Translations under genes and position numbers: made by a program | The notes under the pieces: generated by a model | The model's database searches: none | Told to the model about the DNA's origin: nothing | What the model saw: the letters and a program-made list of their open reading frames with translations, nothing else | Shown: in pieces, positions 36,363-49,811 of the stretch | Numbering within the stretch: the first letter of the stretch is position 1 | How the letters are laid out: the number at the start of each line of letters is the position of its first letter | From: Octopus sinensis | Taxonomy: Eukaryota | Direction: 5' to 3' | DNA length: 64,000 nucleotides | Assembly (NCBI RefSeq): GCF_006345805.1 | Contig: NC_043004.1 | Span: forward strand, 58,776,001-58,840,000

Positions 36363-36491
36363 AGGCTTACAAAGAATAAGTCCTGAAGTTGATTTGCTCG
36401 ACTAAAGGTGGTGCTCCAGCATGGCCACAGTCAAATGAACCCGGAACCATGTGGTTGGCAAGCAAGCTACTTACCACACAGCCACTCCTAC
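36363..36491. mobile_element. Chimeric SINE A: plus-strand 3' half fused to minus-strand 5' head
   Basis: ..CACAGTCAAA-TGA-ACCCGGAACCATGTGG.. with TGA shared by both halves. Confidence 0.8.
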
Positions 36492-36613
36492 AGTCATGTT
36501 TTTTTGGAAGATGATCCTTTCCACATCTTGGAGACCCTCAGGATCAACAAAGTTTTCAGAAATTTGAAGTGGAAGAAGAACCAAGGGATAGGATGCAGAT
36601 CTATCACAAATGG

Positions 36614-36762
36614 AGTTCTATATTTAAGAGATGAGGAATTCTGTACATTATTTACATTATTTAGATTCGATGGATATTTGTCCTCTTCTTGTTTAGGCTG
36701 ATATACCCTCCTGCCTTCTTCAGGTGTCTTGGGGAAATTTCAAAGCTGGGTTCTCATTCCTC
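36614..36762 (-). mobile_element. 3' half of the hammerhead-tailed SINE (second copy, degenerate)
   Basis: Reverse complement matches 50643-50808, including GACACCTGAAGAAGGC..GGGTATATCAGCC; GAAA is lost. Confidence 0.8.
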
Positions 36763-37010
36763 ACAAATGGCTTTGAAACAGTAGAAATTAAACTAAATAA
36801 AGTATTGGCCACAAGTATGGCAATGTGGTTTAGAAATTGGCATCTCAACCACCTGGCTTTAGGTTCAATACTACTGTTCAGTTCCTGTGACAAGTGTCTT
36901 CTACAATAGCCTCATCATCGTCATCATATTTAGCATCTATATTCTGTGTTGGCATGGGTTGGACAGTTCAACTGGATCCAGCGAATTGCAAGGGCCATCT
37001 CAAGCTCGTG

Positions 37011-37044
<34 letters not shown>

Positions 37045-37260
37045 TGTATGTATGTATGTATGTATGTATGTATGTATGTATGTGTGTGTGTGTATACACA
37101 TTGGCGTTAGGAAGGGCATTCAACCACAGAAATCTTGCCAAATCAGACTGGAGTTTGGTGCAGCTCCCCAGCTTGTCAGCTCTGATCAAACCATTCAGTC
37201 CATGCCAGCATGGGCAATGGACATTAACTGATTATGATTATGATGATGATATATAGTCAT

Positions 37261-37417
37261 TGACTCTGTCCGTTATCTGAATGACTATTGAAAAGGTTGC
37301 AAGGCACAACGAAAATTTTAGGGAAAATAAATAAGTAAATGTGTGGTAATTTTACCAGTGAACGTGTTATATAATAAGGCACTAAAAGAGAATGATTCTC
37401 CCCAAACACAACAAAAT
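37261..37417. mobile_element. Right half of the MITE family seen at 49812-50083
   Basis: ACTATTGAAAAGGTTGCAAG..AAGGCACTAAAAGAGAATGATTCTCCCC shared. Confidence 0.75.
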
Positions 37418-37740
37418 CGACCCCGGGACTTATTCTTTGTAAGCCCAGTACTTATTCTATCGGTCTCTTTTTCCAAACCGCTAAGTGACGGGGACGTAAA
37501 CACACCAGCATCGGTATCAAGCAATGCTAGGGGACAAACACAGACATACACACACACATATATATATAGATACATATATACGACAGCTTCTTCTCAGTTT
37601 CCGTCTACCAAATCCTCACAAGGCATTGGTCAGCCCGGGGCTATAGCAGAAGACACTTGCCCAAGGTGCCACGCAGTGGGACTGAACCCGGAACTTTAGC
37701 TGGTTAGCAAGCTACTTACCACACAGCCACTCCTACACCT
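37418..37740 (-). mobile_element. SINE family A lacking its 3' tail
   Basis: Reverse complement of family A. Confidence 0.85.
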
Positions 37741-37953
37741 ATATATATATATATATATATATATTATATTATATATATATATATATATATATTAATATAT
37801 ATGTATGTATATATATATATGTATATATATGTATATATTATATGTATAATATATATATATACATATATATACAACATACATATATATACATATCTATATA
37901 TATACATATATATATATATATTATATATATTATATATATATATATATATATAT

Positions 37954-38579
37954 TGCTTAAATATATACATTACTCTTACACACATTCAATCTACTCGCCA
38001 TTATACCACCACGACACTGGACACACACACACTACTACTCAACACACGCTGGCACGCTACATACGCCCCCACCCCTTCCCCTCCCTCCCTTCCTCCTTCC
38101 TTCTTTTTCTTACTACTACGACCTTGTCTGCTAAGCTGACCACTAGTCTCGCCCTACCTCACACGCCTACACACAGACGCCACACTAACACACACATATA
38201 TTTTTGTGTTTTTTTCATCTCGCCTCACACACACACATACACACACGCACACGCACACACTCACACATACACACACATCTGTTGCGTTACCAACCTTATC
38301 TCCACTCTTTTGCCTTTAAAAACCCACTTTGCTCTGTTATCGTAAACATCCGCCTTTCACCATGTGCAACTCGTAAACACCAGTCGTCTTTTTTCTCTTT
38401 CCCTGTTGCCCGCTCTGGGATCTTTCTTTCCTCTCTCTTCCTTCTTTATATTTCCGACGAAGAGCTCCGCTCGAAACGTCATACCTCCCTGCTTCCATTT
38501 CCTGAGCGCCTATTAATAATAATACTGTAATTGTTCCATTGTTGTTGTTTTTTTGTTTCCCGTTTGGATTAAAATTATA
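37954..38579 (+). repeat. 5' pseudo-LTR with a hammerhead-like motif at 38454-38480
   Basis: Near-identical to 44084-44706; CCGACGA-A-GAGC-TCC-GCTC-GAAA-CGTC. Confidence 0.85.
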
Positions 38580-38893
38580 CCACTGCGCGCCTACACGGAC
38601 CCCTTGTACCTTGGATACCAATTCCCGGATTTTTGCACCTACGGATTATTGTTACCATTCTTCCTGACCTACGGATCACCCGCAACCTTCTTCCGGAGTA
38701 CCGCCATTACCGTGATTGAAAATCATTACCTAATCTGTCCGTTGACTCTCAAATCTCTTTCCTGACTTTTTTCAACTTTTTTCTATTGTTTTCAAACGTC
38801 TTCACCCTTTTCTTCTTTCGTTGTTTTCCTGTTGTCTCTCCTTTTTCCTGTTTCGCCACCACCCACTTTACCTGTTTGCCACCACTTCTCATC

Positions 38894-41734
38894 ATGCCTG
38901 ACTTGCACTCGTTCGTCCAACACCTTCAATCCCTCCTCAGCCGCTACCTCGCGTTCTTCCCCCCACAATGTTCCGCACCTGCTATAAAACTTTCCCGCTT
39001 GCTTTTTAAGAAAACCCGCCACTCGAGTCATCTTTCCTTTCTTAGCCGGTGCCTCCGCCATCATATCACACCCCGCGGGTTCCTCTTGAAGTTCCACGCT
39101 ACTCCCTATTCCTCCCCTTCATCGAACCCACCCTCGCTCGTACCTCCCGCTCCCTCCTCCGCGCCACCATCCGCTCCACCCGCCCCCTCCTTGACTCCCT
39201 CGACCATCAACTTCCCCAGGCCTACCTCCTTCTCTCCGCCCTCTGCCCTCCACTCTTCACCCAACCTATCCTCCGCTTCATTCTTAATCTCAACCACCAA
39301 CTCTACAACCACCTCACACACACAAAAACAAAAAACTCCACACTTCTCCTCAACCCCCTCACCCCTTCCCATCCTCCCCCACTGTTCCCCCCCCTCCTTC
39401 GCACCTACCCCACCCTTCCACGGACCCACACACCCCCACCGTGACCTTCCTACGCCTAACCCATCTTCACCCAACCACCCCTACCCTCCCCTTCACACCC
39501 TGCCCCCCTCCGCCTGCCCCTAGTCCTCCCACCACCCGCTTCCTCGCGCTGTGTCACTATACCCCCCACCTCCCCCTCTCCGCCGCTGAGCGCTCCCTCC
39601 TCAGTAAGGGTCTCCGCTTCACGCCACTCACGCGCCACTGTGATGAGTTCGAGACTCGGGCGGACGTCAACCTGTTCCTGCGCCGCCTCAAACTTCGCGC
39701 ATACTACCACGCGTCCCCGCAGCGTCACAACAATCAGGATTGCCTTTTGGAGCTGGGGCGTCGTCCATCCATCTGGACGCCCGCCCCCAGGCCTTTTCAG
39801 TAGCCTAGATTCGTTTGTACATGACTGCAACGCTTTGGTCCACCGTTTCAACTTTGCACCAAGACCCCGCCGAGCCAACCTCACTCGGGCCGAATCCATT
39901 GCCCTTCGCCACCTCCGCCGTCGTGATGACATTGTCATCAAACCGGCGGACAAAGGCGGGGCAGTGGTAGTGTGGCGCGCGGACCTATACAGAGGAGGAA
40001 GCGCTCAACCAGCTTCAAAATCCACTCTTCTATCGCCTCCTCCCCTCCGATCCCACCTCCTCCTACCAACAGCGAGTGTCCTCCACCATCCACGACCTCA
40101 TCTCCTCCTCCGCTCTCCCCCCTCACCGCCACCAACCTCATCGTCCGCACACCCCGCACCTCCACCATCTACTTCCTTCCCAAGATCCATAAACCCTCTA
40201 ATCCTGGCCGTCCCATAGTCTCTGCCTGTAATTGCCCCACTGAACTCATCTCCCTATACCTCGACCGCATCCTGTCCCCCTTAGTCGCAGCCCTCCCATC
40301 CCACATACACGACACCAACCACGCCCTCCGTCTCTTCAATTCCTTTTCCTTCCCTTCCAGCCCCTCACACCTCCTCTTCACTTTAGATGTAAAATCCCTG
40401 TACACAGTGATTCCCCACAATGACGGTCTCCTAGCCCTCCAACACTTCCTCGACCGTCGTCCCGACCCCACCCCCAGCACCCCCACCCTTCTCCGTTTGG
40501 CTGAGCTCGTCCTCACCCTCAATTGCTTCACGTTCGCCGGGGAAACGTACCAACAGGTGTCCGGGGTCGCGATGGGAACTAGGATGGGCCCCAATTTCGC
40601 CAATCTCTTTCTTGGCTACATTGAGGCCCAAGTGTTCTCCAGTTCTCTGGGCCGACCCCCGAACTATACGGTCGCTATATCGACGACTGCGTAGGTGCCA
40701 CCCTCCTTTCCCGTGAACTTCTCTGCCAATTCATCTCTTTCCTTTCCAACTTTCACCCCTCTCTTCAATTCACCTCCACCATCTCCAACACCTCTGTCAA
40801 CTTCCTTGACATCTCTCTCCGCATCGATCACCCCTCCAGCTCTCTCACCACCACCGCCTTTTTTAAACCTACGGATTCCCACCTCTATCTCAACTTCTCT
40901 TCCTCCCACCCCTTCCACACCAAACGAGCCATCCCCTACTCCCAGTTCCTCCGCCTCCGACGTTTGTGCAGCCGCGACCAGGATTCGAGACCCAATCTCA
41001 ATACCTGGCCCGCATGTTCAGACTCCGAGGTTACCCACCCATACTCCTCTCTGATGCCCTCACCCGCGCCCGTCGCATCGACCGCACTACCGCCCTCCCT
41101 GTCTCCTTCCCCCCGCCCCCAACCGCACCCCCTCCCCCTCCTTTTCCACCCCTCTACCCTACCCCTTCGTCGCAAGATACTACGTGCCTTCCGTCGCCTC
41201 CAGCTTGATCCCACCACCCGCCCCATTTTCCCTAACCTACCCCTGTCCTCTTTCAAACGAGCCCGCAATCTGCGTGACCTCCTGGTCCACAGCACCCTCT
41301 CTCCTCCCCCTCAGCCCCACACGGATCATTCCCTTGCTCTAGATCCCGCTGCAACACTTGCCCCTTCATCACCAACACCACCGCTGTCACGGCTCCAACC
41401 TGCACACTGTACGCATTAGGCACTCTTTTACGTGCACCTCGTCTGGCCTTATTTACTGCATTAAATGCAACCTATGCGGGATGCTGTATGTAGGACAGAC
41501 GGGACGCCGGTTGTCCGACCGTTTCACTGAACACTTGAGGGACGTTCGCCTACACTCTCTTTCTCCCGTCGCACGCCACTCCGCTCGGCCGGCCATTCCC
41601 TAGATGACATCTCAGTGTTTGGTCTCGCCCCCCACCATGGTCGCCCACTTTCCAGGCTCCACTTGGAGCAACGCTACATCTTCACCCTACAAACTACCAC
41701 CCCACACGGACTTAACACAGCCCCCTCCTCTTGA
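38894..41734 (+). pseudogene. Penelope-like RT/GIY-YIG polyprotein, frameshifted as assembled
   Basis: LSKGLRFTP, DIVIKPADKGGAVVV, YFLPKIHKPSNPGRPIVS, LDVKSLYTVIPH, GVAMGTRMGPNFANLF, GRYIDD (across a frameshift), FTCTSSGLIYCIKCNLCGMLYVGQTGRRLSDRFTEH, PHGLN. Confidence 0.9.
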
Positions 41735-44083
41735 GATCCGTTTTTTTTTTTTTTTTTGTGGACACACCACCCACACACCCCACCACCTACCTCCCACACG
41801 CACACACCCACCCACCTACCTCCCACACCCACCCACCCACCTACCTCCCACACGCCTGTTCACACACACACATACGTAGACCCATCTACGTACATACATT
41901 CACACATTTAATCACACACACTTACAGACATACTAACACACACTAACATACAAACCAACATGCACATACACACACACATACATACATACGCACACACATA
42001 CATACTTACACACACACACACACACACAGACATACATACACACATACACACACACATACATACGCACATACATACACACACACTCACACACACACACCGC
42101 ACGTACATACTTCACACACACACATGCAAACATACATGTAGGCACATACATACATACATACCTACACATGCACACCCTTACACTGAATGCACACACACAT
42201 ACACCTTTTTGCATCCAGGCAGCCCCCCTCTTTTCTGCTTTCCGGTTTTGGCTGATGGATCCTCGGTTCCCGCGTAGCGGGGCGTTCGAGGGCCTTTGCG
42301 CTCGCGCGCCTTGGCGCGCGCTGGGGGCTTGGTCGGCCCTTGGGCTTGCGTTGTACTGCTTGTGCGTTGTGTGCGTGAGCGCGCTTCGTGTGTGTGGGCT
42401 TGCTTCGGATGTGCGCGTGCGTATGTATGCATACATACCCACACACTCGCATGCATCCCTACCCACATACATACACGCACACCTACTCACACACACACAT
42501 ACACACACATACCTGCACACACACACACATACATACATACACATACATACCTACTTCAGACATACACACACACAGACATACACCCATACACTCACACTCA
42601 CACGCATACACACACACACATACACACGCACACGTAAACATACACACACACACCACACATACATTACACTTGTATACACACACACTTACATTCATACACA
42701 CACACACCTACACAGCCATACCCTCACTCAGACACACACATCTACCTACACACACACAAAAACACACACGGACACACACCCATACATACATACATCTACA
42801 CACACACGCCTACACACATACATAACACATACATAAACACACACACACATACACATATACACACATACGCACACACACATATACTTATACACATGCACAC
42901 ACACACATACATACATACACCCATATACATACACACACACATACCCACATACTCCTATACGCACATACATACACACACAGACAACACCACATACACACTC
43001 ACACTCACACTTACGCACACACCAATCCATAAACACGCAACACGCACACACACATACACAACACACGCACCTACATACACACACGCACATACACCACGCA
43101 TACACACACATACATTACACACGTACACACACACCTACCATACACATGCATACACACACACACAACAAACATGCACGGACACACCAGACATACACACATA
43201 CACCTATATACACACGCCCACACACCTACATACACACACATATACACACGCCCACACACCTACATACACACACATACATACACACACATACACGGACACA
43301 CCCATACACTTACATACATACACCTATACACACACGCCTACACACCTACATACACACACATGCATACACACACACACACATGTACGCACATACACACACA
43401 TATACACATACATATATACCCACACACATGCACACACACACACACATACGCACATGCATGCATGCATGCATGCACACGCGCACACCTACACGCATACACA
43501 CACACACACGCACGTACACATACATACATACACACACGCATACATACACCCATACACATACATGCATCCTACACACACATACATACACACTCACACATAC
43601 ATACACACACACACACTCACTCACAACCTGTATGTACGCGCACACACATGCACATACACACACTTCCCCACACCCACACGTACATACATACACACTCACA
43701 CACATACACACACACACACACACACGGACATACATCTATGCACACACATACATACACACATACTCACATACATTCATCGGACACACTGCCACCCGGACAT
43801 ACACACAGACACACTCACACATCCACACACATACATACTTACGCGCATACTCGCAGGCGCGCGCACGCACGCGCTTGCGCCGGTTCGCGCACGCATACGC
43901 GCCGCAGGCACCTCGCTCTTGGACCCGACGAGACCTCCCGCCCGTTCCTGGGACCGTCGCGTGTCGTTGGGTTTTCCCACGCCCGTCTCCGCGGGACCAC
44001 TCTTCCATCTTCCCCTCAGCTGGAGTCCTTTTTCCTTAACCCCCCCCTTTTTCGTTACACACACGCGCACACATATACACACA

Positions 44084-44706
44084 TGCTTAAATATATACAT
44101 TACTCTTACACACATTCAATCTACTCGCCATTATACCACCACGACACTGGACACACACACACACTACTACTCACACACGCTGGCACGCTACATACGCCCC
44201 CACCCCTTCCCCTCCCTCCCTTCCTCCTTCCTTCTTTTTCTTACTACTGACCTTGTCTGCTAAGCTGACCACTAGTCTCGCCCTACCTCACACGCCTACA
44301 CACAGACGCACACACTAACACACACATATATATTTTTTTGTTTTTTCATCTCGCCTCACACACACACATACACACACGCACACGCACACACTCACACATA
44401 CACACACATCTGTTGCGTTACCAACCTTGTCTCCACTCTTTTGCCTTTAAAAACCCACTTGCTCTGTTATCGTAAACATCCGCCTTTCACCATGTGCAAC
44501 TCGTAAACACCAGTCGTCTTTTTTCTCTTTCCCTGTTGCCCGCTCTGGGATTTTCTTTCCTCTCTCTTCCTTCTTTATGTTTCCGACGAAGAGCTCCGCT
44601 CGAAACGTCATACCTCCCTGCTTCCATTTCTGAGCGCCTATAATAATAATACTGTAATTGTTCCATTGTTGTTGTTTTTTTGTTTCCCGTTTGGATTAAA
44701 ATTATA
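44084..44706 (+). repeat. 3' pseudo-LTR with a hammerhead-like motif at 44583-44609
   Basis: See 5' copy. Confidence 0.85.
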
Positions 44707-44728
44707 TATATATATATATATATAAAAA

Positions 44729-44927
44729 TATTAAGGAATGACCCTGACAGGTCGTTCAACTCACTTGAAAAGAGCAGCAAACTAAACCGCAAAAATAGTA
44801 GTAATTCGGAAAGCTAAAGGAGAATAAAAACATTATCCCTTTCATTCAGAATTACTACTATTTTGCGGTTGAGTTTGGCTGCTCTTTTCAAGTGAGTTGA
44901 ACGACCTGTCAGGGTCATTCCTTAATA
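44729..44927. mobile_element. Palindromic MITE with ~85-bp TIRs
   Basis: TATTAAGGAATGACCCTGACAGGTCGTTCAACTCACTTGAAAAGAGCAGC and its reverse complement ending at 44927. Confidence 0.85.
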
Positions 44928-45060
44928 CTTTTGAATATATTATATAGTCTGTGACTATTTCTATCTTCTCAATTGACCGCTGGTTGCAGAAATTTTTCTG
45001 AATTTTTCTTGAATTTTTTTGCTACCCTATATGATAAATTATATATATTATCTATAATCT

Positions 45061-45462
45061 TTTTACTCTTTACTTTTTACTTGTTTCAGTCAATTGACTG
45101 CGGCCATGCTGGAGCACTGCCTTAATCGAGTAACTCGACCCCAGGACTTATTCTTTTGTAAGCCCAGTACTTATTTTATCGGTCTCTTTTGCTGAACTGC
45201 TAAGTTACGGGGACATAAACACACCAGCATCGGTTGTCACGCAATGCTAGGGAGACAAACACTGACACACACACACATATATATATATACATATATACGA
45301 CGGGCTTCTTTCAGTTTCCGTCTACCAAATCCATTCACAAGCCTTTGGTTGGCCCGAGGCTATAGTAGAAGACACTTGCCCAAGGTGCCACGCAGTGGGA
45401 CTGAACCCGGAACCATGTGGTCGGTAAACAAGCTACTTACCACACAGCTACTCCTACGCCTA
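45061..45462 (-). mobile_element. SINE family A
   Basis: Reverse complement of family A. Confidence 0.9.
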
Positions 45463-45483
45463 TATACATATATTTTTGCCAAT

Positions 45484-45532
<49 letters not shown>

Positions 45533-46048
45533 CACACACATTGGCAAAGTATGCTGCCAAAACAAACTAAGAAATAGTAGTCTTTAGACAAAGTCTTGAG
45601 TTGTCGATACCCTTTTGTCAAAGTCGCCATCAAACATGCAGTGACCCTGCGATTGATCCCTTAAATAAATCATGTATCTAATGATGCTATTGTTCAGAAA
45701 CTGTGTTTAAAAAAAATACCATCAAAATGAATGAATAAAAATGTGCTGCGGCTGCCACTGCTGGTTCTGTGTACTTATCTGAAGAATGAAAGCAATCATC
45801 TCAATTTAATGATCTATTGTTTATATTTTGCTCCTCTAAATAAACTAGGAAAAGGGGGAAAAGAACATATGTTCACAGTTGACCAAATGGCATAACAGAA
45901 TAATGTTTCTAGAACACAACTCAGAATTCTTTGGAAAATGGATTTGAAGTTCAATACCATATAAATCGAAAAGAATTGAATTTTTGGAGTAAACTTAACA
46001 TGAGATTTTGAAGAATTACAAGAATCATGTAGGTGTAGACATGGTTAA

Positions 46049-46269
46049 CCCTTTAGCATTGAAACCGGCCATATCCGGCCATAAGTATTCTGCCTGTTTT
46101 ATGGTCAAACTGGCCAGTTCTGGTCTCTCACACCTACCCTACAATATGGTTTTTAAAATTAACAGCTACCTCATCAAAATCTTACAGCTACAAGATGATG
46201 CACAATTAGTTTAAAACAATGTGGATAAAAAAGCATTAGTTTTGGCAGAATAATGCGAACACTAAAGAG
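46049..46269. mobile_element. piggyBac-type MITE
   Basis: TTAA-CCCTTTAGCATT ... CTAAAGAG-TTAA. Confidence 0.75.
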
Positions 46270-46422
46270 TTAAGAAGCTCGCTTTGCAGTTAAGTGATTT
46301 CAAGTTCAGTTCCTTTGTGAGGCACCTTGGTCAAGTGTCCTCTACTATAGCTCCAAGCTTTGTGAGTGAATTTAGTAGATGGAAGCTGTGCAGAAGTCTA
46401 TCATGTGTGTGTGTGTGTTTAC

Positions 46423-46660
46423 ACAGTGCCACCTGACTGGCACCTGTGCTGGTGGCACATAAAAAACATCATTCGAGTGTGAGCGATGCCAGTGCTGCCT
46501 GACTGGTTCTCATGCTGGTGGCACGTAAATGCACCTACTACACTCTCAGAGTGGTTGGCATTAAGAAGGACATCCAGCTGTAGAAACCTTGCCGTCAAAC
46601 CATCCAACCCATGCCAGCATGGAAAGCGGATGTTAAGCAATGATGATGATGATGATGGCG
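46423..46660 (+). mobile_element. RTE 3' UTR fragment with (ATG)n tail
   Basis: Matches 14500-14746. Confidence 0.8.
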
Positions 46661-46719
46661 ATGATATATATATGTATGTGTATATATATACATACATACA
46701 TATATATATATATAATATA

Positions 46720-46754
<35 letters not shown>

Positions 46755-46792
46755 GTGCATACATATATATATATATATGCATACATATATAT

Positions 46793-46865
<73 letters not shown>

Positions 46866-46884
46866 ACTGGACACTTGTATTCGC

Positions 46885-46970
46885 TTCAATATTTGCAGCT
46901 TTAAATAAATCTGTTCTTCGTATGAAACAATTGTACTGAACAACTAATCCATTCTTGTTGCTTTTTTCTT
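46885..46970 (+). repeat. Degenerate solo outer arm of the hammerhead foldback family
   Basis: CAATATTTGCAGC..CTTCGTATGAAACAATTGTACTGAA..ATCCATTCTTGTTGCTTTTTTC aligns to 21106-21185. Confidence 0.75.
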
Positions 46971-47949
46971 GTGTATATATATATGTTTCATGCATATATA
47001 TATATATATGCATGAAACACTCAGTCCTTGAGTCAACTCTGTTGCTTCTGCTAAATATTAATAAAAATATAACATATACTCATATTTTGAGTTCTATTTT
47101 TCCTGTTTGCATCACCATACCTGTATGTATGTATGTATGTATGTATGTATGTATGTATGTATGTATGTATGTATGTATGTATGTATGTATGTAGGTAGGT
47201 AGGTAGGTATGTATGTGTGTATGTATGTCTGTAGGTATGTATGTGTATGTATGTATGTAGGTAGGTATGTGTGTATGTATGTATGCATGGACAGATGGAC
47301 GAATGGATGGATGGATGGATTGACAGATTGACGGATGGATGGACGGATGGGTGTGTGTGTGTCTTGGTGTTTGTCCCTTATCACCACTTGACAACTAGTT
47401 TTGGTCTGTTCATGTCCCATAACATAGCAGTTCAGCAACAGAGACTGATAGAGTAATTACTAGACTTATAATAAGTACTGGGGTCAACTAAAGCCTTCAA
47501 GGCAATCCTTCAAGGCATGCCTGAAATCCAATGACTGAAACAAGTAAGTACGGGAAACAAAATCAGAATTACATGGTTGCATGGTTAAGAAGTTCATCTC
47601 ACAATCACTAGATCCCAGGTTCAATCTCACTGAGGCAAGTGTTCTTTTTTTTATATACTATTGCCATGGGTCGATCCAATTCCTAAGAATTGAGTGAAAT
47701 TGATTAGACAGAAACTGTATGGAAGCCTGCTCTTCTCACACACTGTGTTACACTGATTCTACCTAAGAATTACATTAATGGCACACAGTGTCTTTGGAGT
47801 ACTCAGCCACATACATGGTAAGTAGTGAGTAAATGACTCAGTTTATTGAACAGTGGATCCTCATCCACAATGAAATCAAAGAAGATCTATGAGCTTTACA
47901 TGCCCAAACATACTCATTATGTGCTAAAATGAATTCAACTTTATCAGTA

Positions 47950-48109
47950 TAGGCATAGGTGTGGGTGTGTGGTAAGTAGCTTGCTTACCAACCACAAGAT
48001 TCAGTCCCACTACGTGACACCTTGGGCAAGTGTCTTCTACTATAGCTTCAGGCCAACCAAAGCCTTGTAAGTGGATTTGGTAGATGGAAACTGAAAGAAG
48101 CCAGCTGTA

Positions 48110-48160
<51 letters not shown>

Positions 48161-48390
48161 TATATGTGTGTGTGTGTGTGCATGTCTGTGTGTCTGTGTT
48201 TGTCACGCCAGCATCGCTTGACAACCGATGCTGGTGTGTTTACGTCCTCCGTAACTTAGCGGTTTGGCAAAAGCGACCGATAGAATAAGTACTAGGCTTC
48301 CAAAGAATAAGTCCTGGGGTTGATTTGCTCGAATAAAGGCTCCAGCATGGCGACAGTCAAATGACTGAAACAAGTAAAAGAGGAAAAGAG
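47950..48390 (+). mobile_element. SINE family A
   Basis: Family A. Confidence 0.85.
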
Positions 48391-48801
48391 TGGTTCTCAA
48401 CCATTTTTTGACTATGGAACCTTTGATTGCTATTTTACACAGGTGGACTCTCAGAGCCATTCAATGTTTAAAAAATCTTATTATATTTCTATAATTAAAT
48501 ATTATTATTACAGAGATGTACTTGCATAGCAAGTGACCTGATCTGAGATCATGTACTGGAACAAAAACAATTGCAGCGTGGAAGGTGTTTATAAGCCATT
48601 TAAGAAACACACAAAAACCTTTAGATTCGCTTCAACATTTAAATTTAATTTGTCATAATATAAATATTTTTAGGAATTGTATAAAAAATAAAAATGTTTT
48701 GTGTGTTGTAAAAGTATAACCAGTTTATTGCACATGAATTTTAACAGCAATATCTTATGTGGATCCCCAATGGCCATATAGACTCTAATGGAGAACCACT
48801 G
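48388..48801. mobile_element. hAT-type MITE
   Basis: Termini AGTGGTTCTCAACC / GAGAACCACTG; related fragments at 62711-62830 and 63600-63679. Confidence 0.6.
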
Positions 48802-49341
48802 CCTTAATTGAGATAATACAAACTAAGAGGTAATGTAAGCTCAGGTAGGTTTGAGCCAGTATTGGCCCAGGCCATGTATAATTTAGCAACACCAAAGCTG
48901 AAATATATTTTATACAAAATAAAAACATTTATGCATCACATGTAATCACTTCAAATAACTCTATACTGCATTTCTTATATTGTTAGAAATTTGTATATTT
49001 TCATTTTTTTTTGGGGGGGGGGTCAAAATTATCTGAAATATCATTTTATCATTCAGATTATTGAATGTTGTTACACCCCTCTGAACACAGTGTACTTCTT
49101 TGCATTGTTGTAGCTTTTGGATGATGTCATCCCAGTGACTTGGTAGGCAGGCCAAACATAGCCCCAAAATGTAACACTAGTCTGTCACAGGGCTACCAAT
49201 TTACAACTATGTGGACTGGAGCCACATAATATGAAGTCTTTTGATCAAGAACACAACACGCTGCCAACACCAAAATCAGAACCAAAATCTTACAACTGTG
49301 AGTCTAAAACTCTAACCACAAGGCCATGTACCTTCATAATC

Positions 49342-49752
49342 TACTCTTTTACTCTTTTACTTGTTTCAGTCATTTGACTGCGGCCATGCTGGAGCACCGC
49401 CTTTAATCGAGCAACTCGACCCAGGGACTTATTCTTTTTTGTAAGCCTAGTACTTATTCTATCGGTCTTTTTGCCGAACCGCTAAGTAACGGGGACATAA
49501 GCACACCAGCATCGGTTATCAAGCAATGCTAGGGGGACAAACAGACATACAAACATACATGCACACACACATATATATACATATATACGACAGGCTTCTT
49601 TCAGTTTCCGTCTACCAAATCCACTCACAAGGCTTTGGTCGGCCCGAGGCTATAGTAGAAGACACTTGCCCAAGGTGCCACGCTGTGGGACTGAACCCGG
49701 AACCATGTGGTTGGTAAACAAGTTACTTACCTCACAGCCACTCTTGTGCCTA
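49342..49752 (-). mobile_element. SINE family A
   Basis: Reverse complement of family A. Confidence 0.9.
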
Positions 49753-49811
49753 TATAATATAATCACTTAGAATATAATCACTTTTTAATATCATATTAAC
49801 TAAGCAGTATA

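Larger units (their letters stand above)
37954..44706 (+). mobile_element. Near-complete Penelope-like element (Neptune-like architecture): pLTR - ORF - (CA)-rich 3' region - pLTR, embedded in (TA)n
   Basis: Direct repeats at 37954-38579 and 44084-44706; RT and C-terminal GIY-YIG with a Cys linker. Confidence 0.9.

Noticed and set aside
42893-44263. 456-aa His/Thr-rich ORF and the many I/Y/C/V/M-rich ORFs across the window
   Set aside because: Translation artefacts of (CA)n, (TA)n and (TATG)n, which lack stop codons.
45779-45810. CTGAAGA-AT-GAAA as a stem-II-less hammerhead
   Set aside because: No valid stem I or stem III can be formed.
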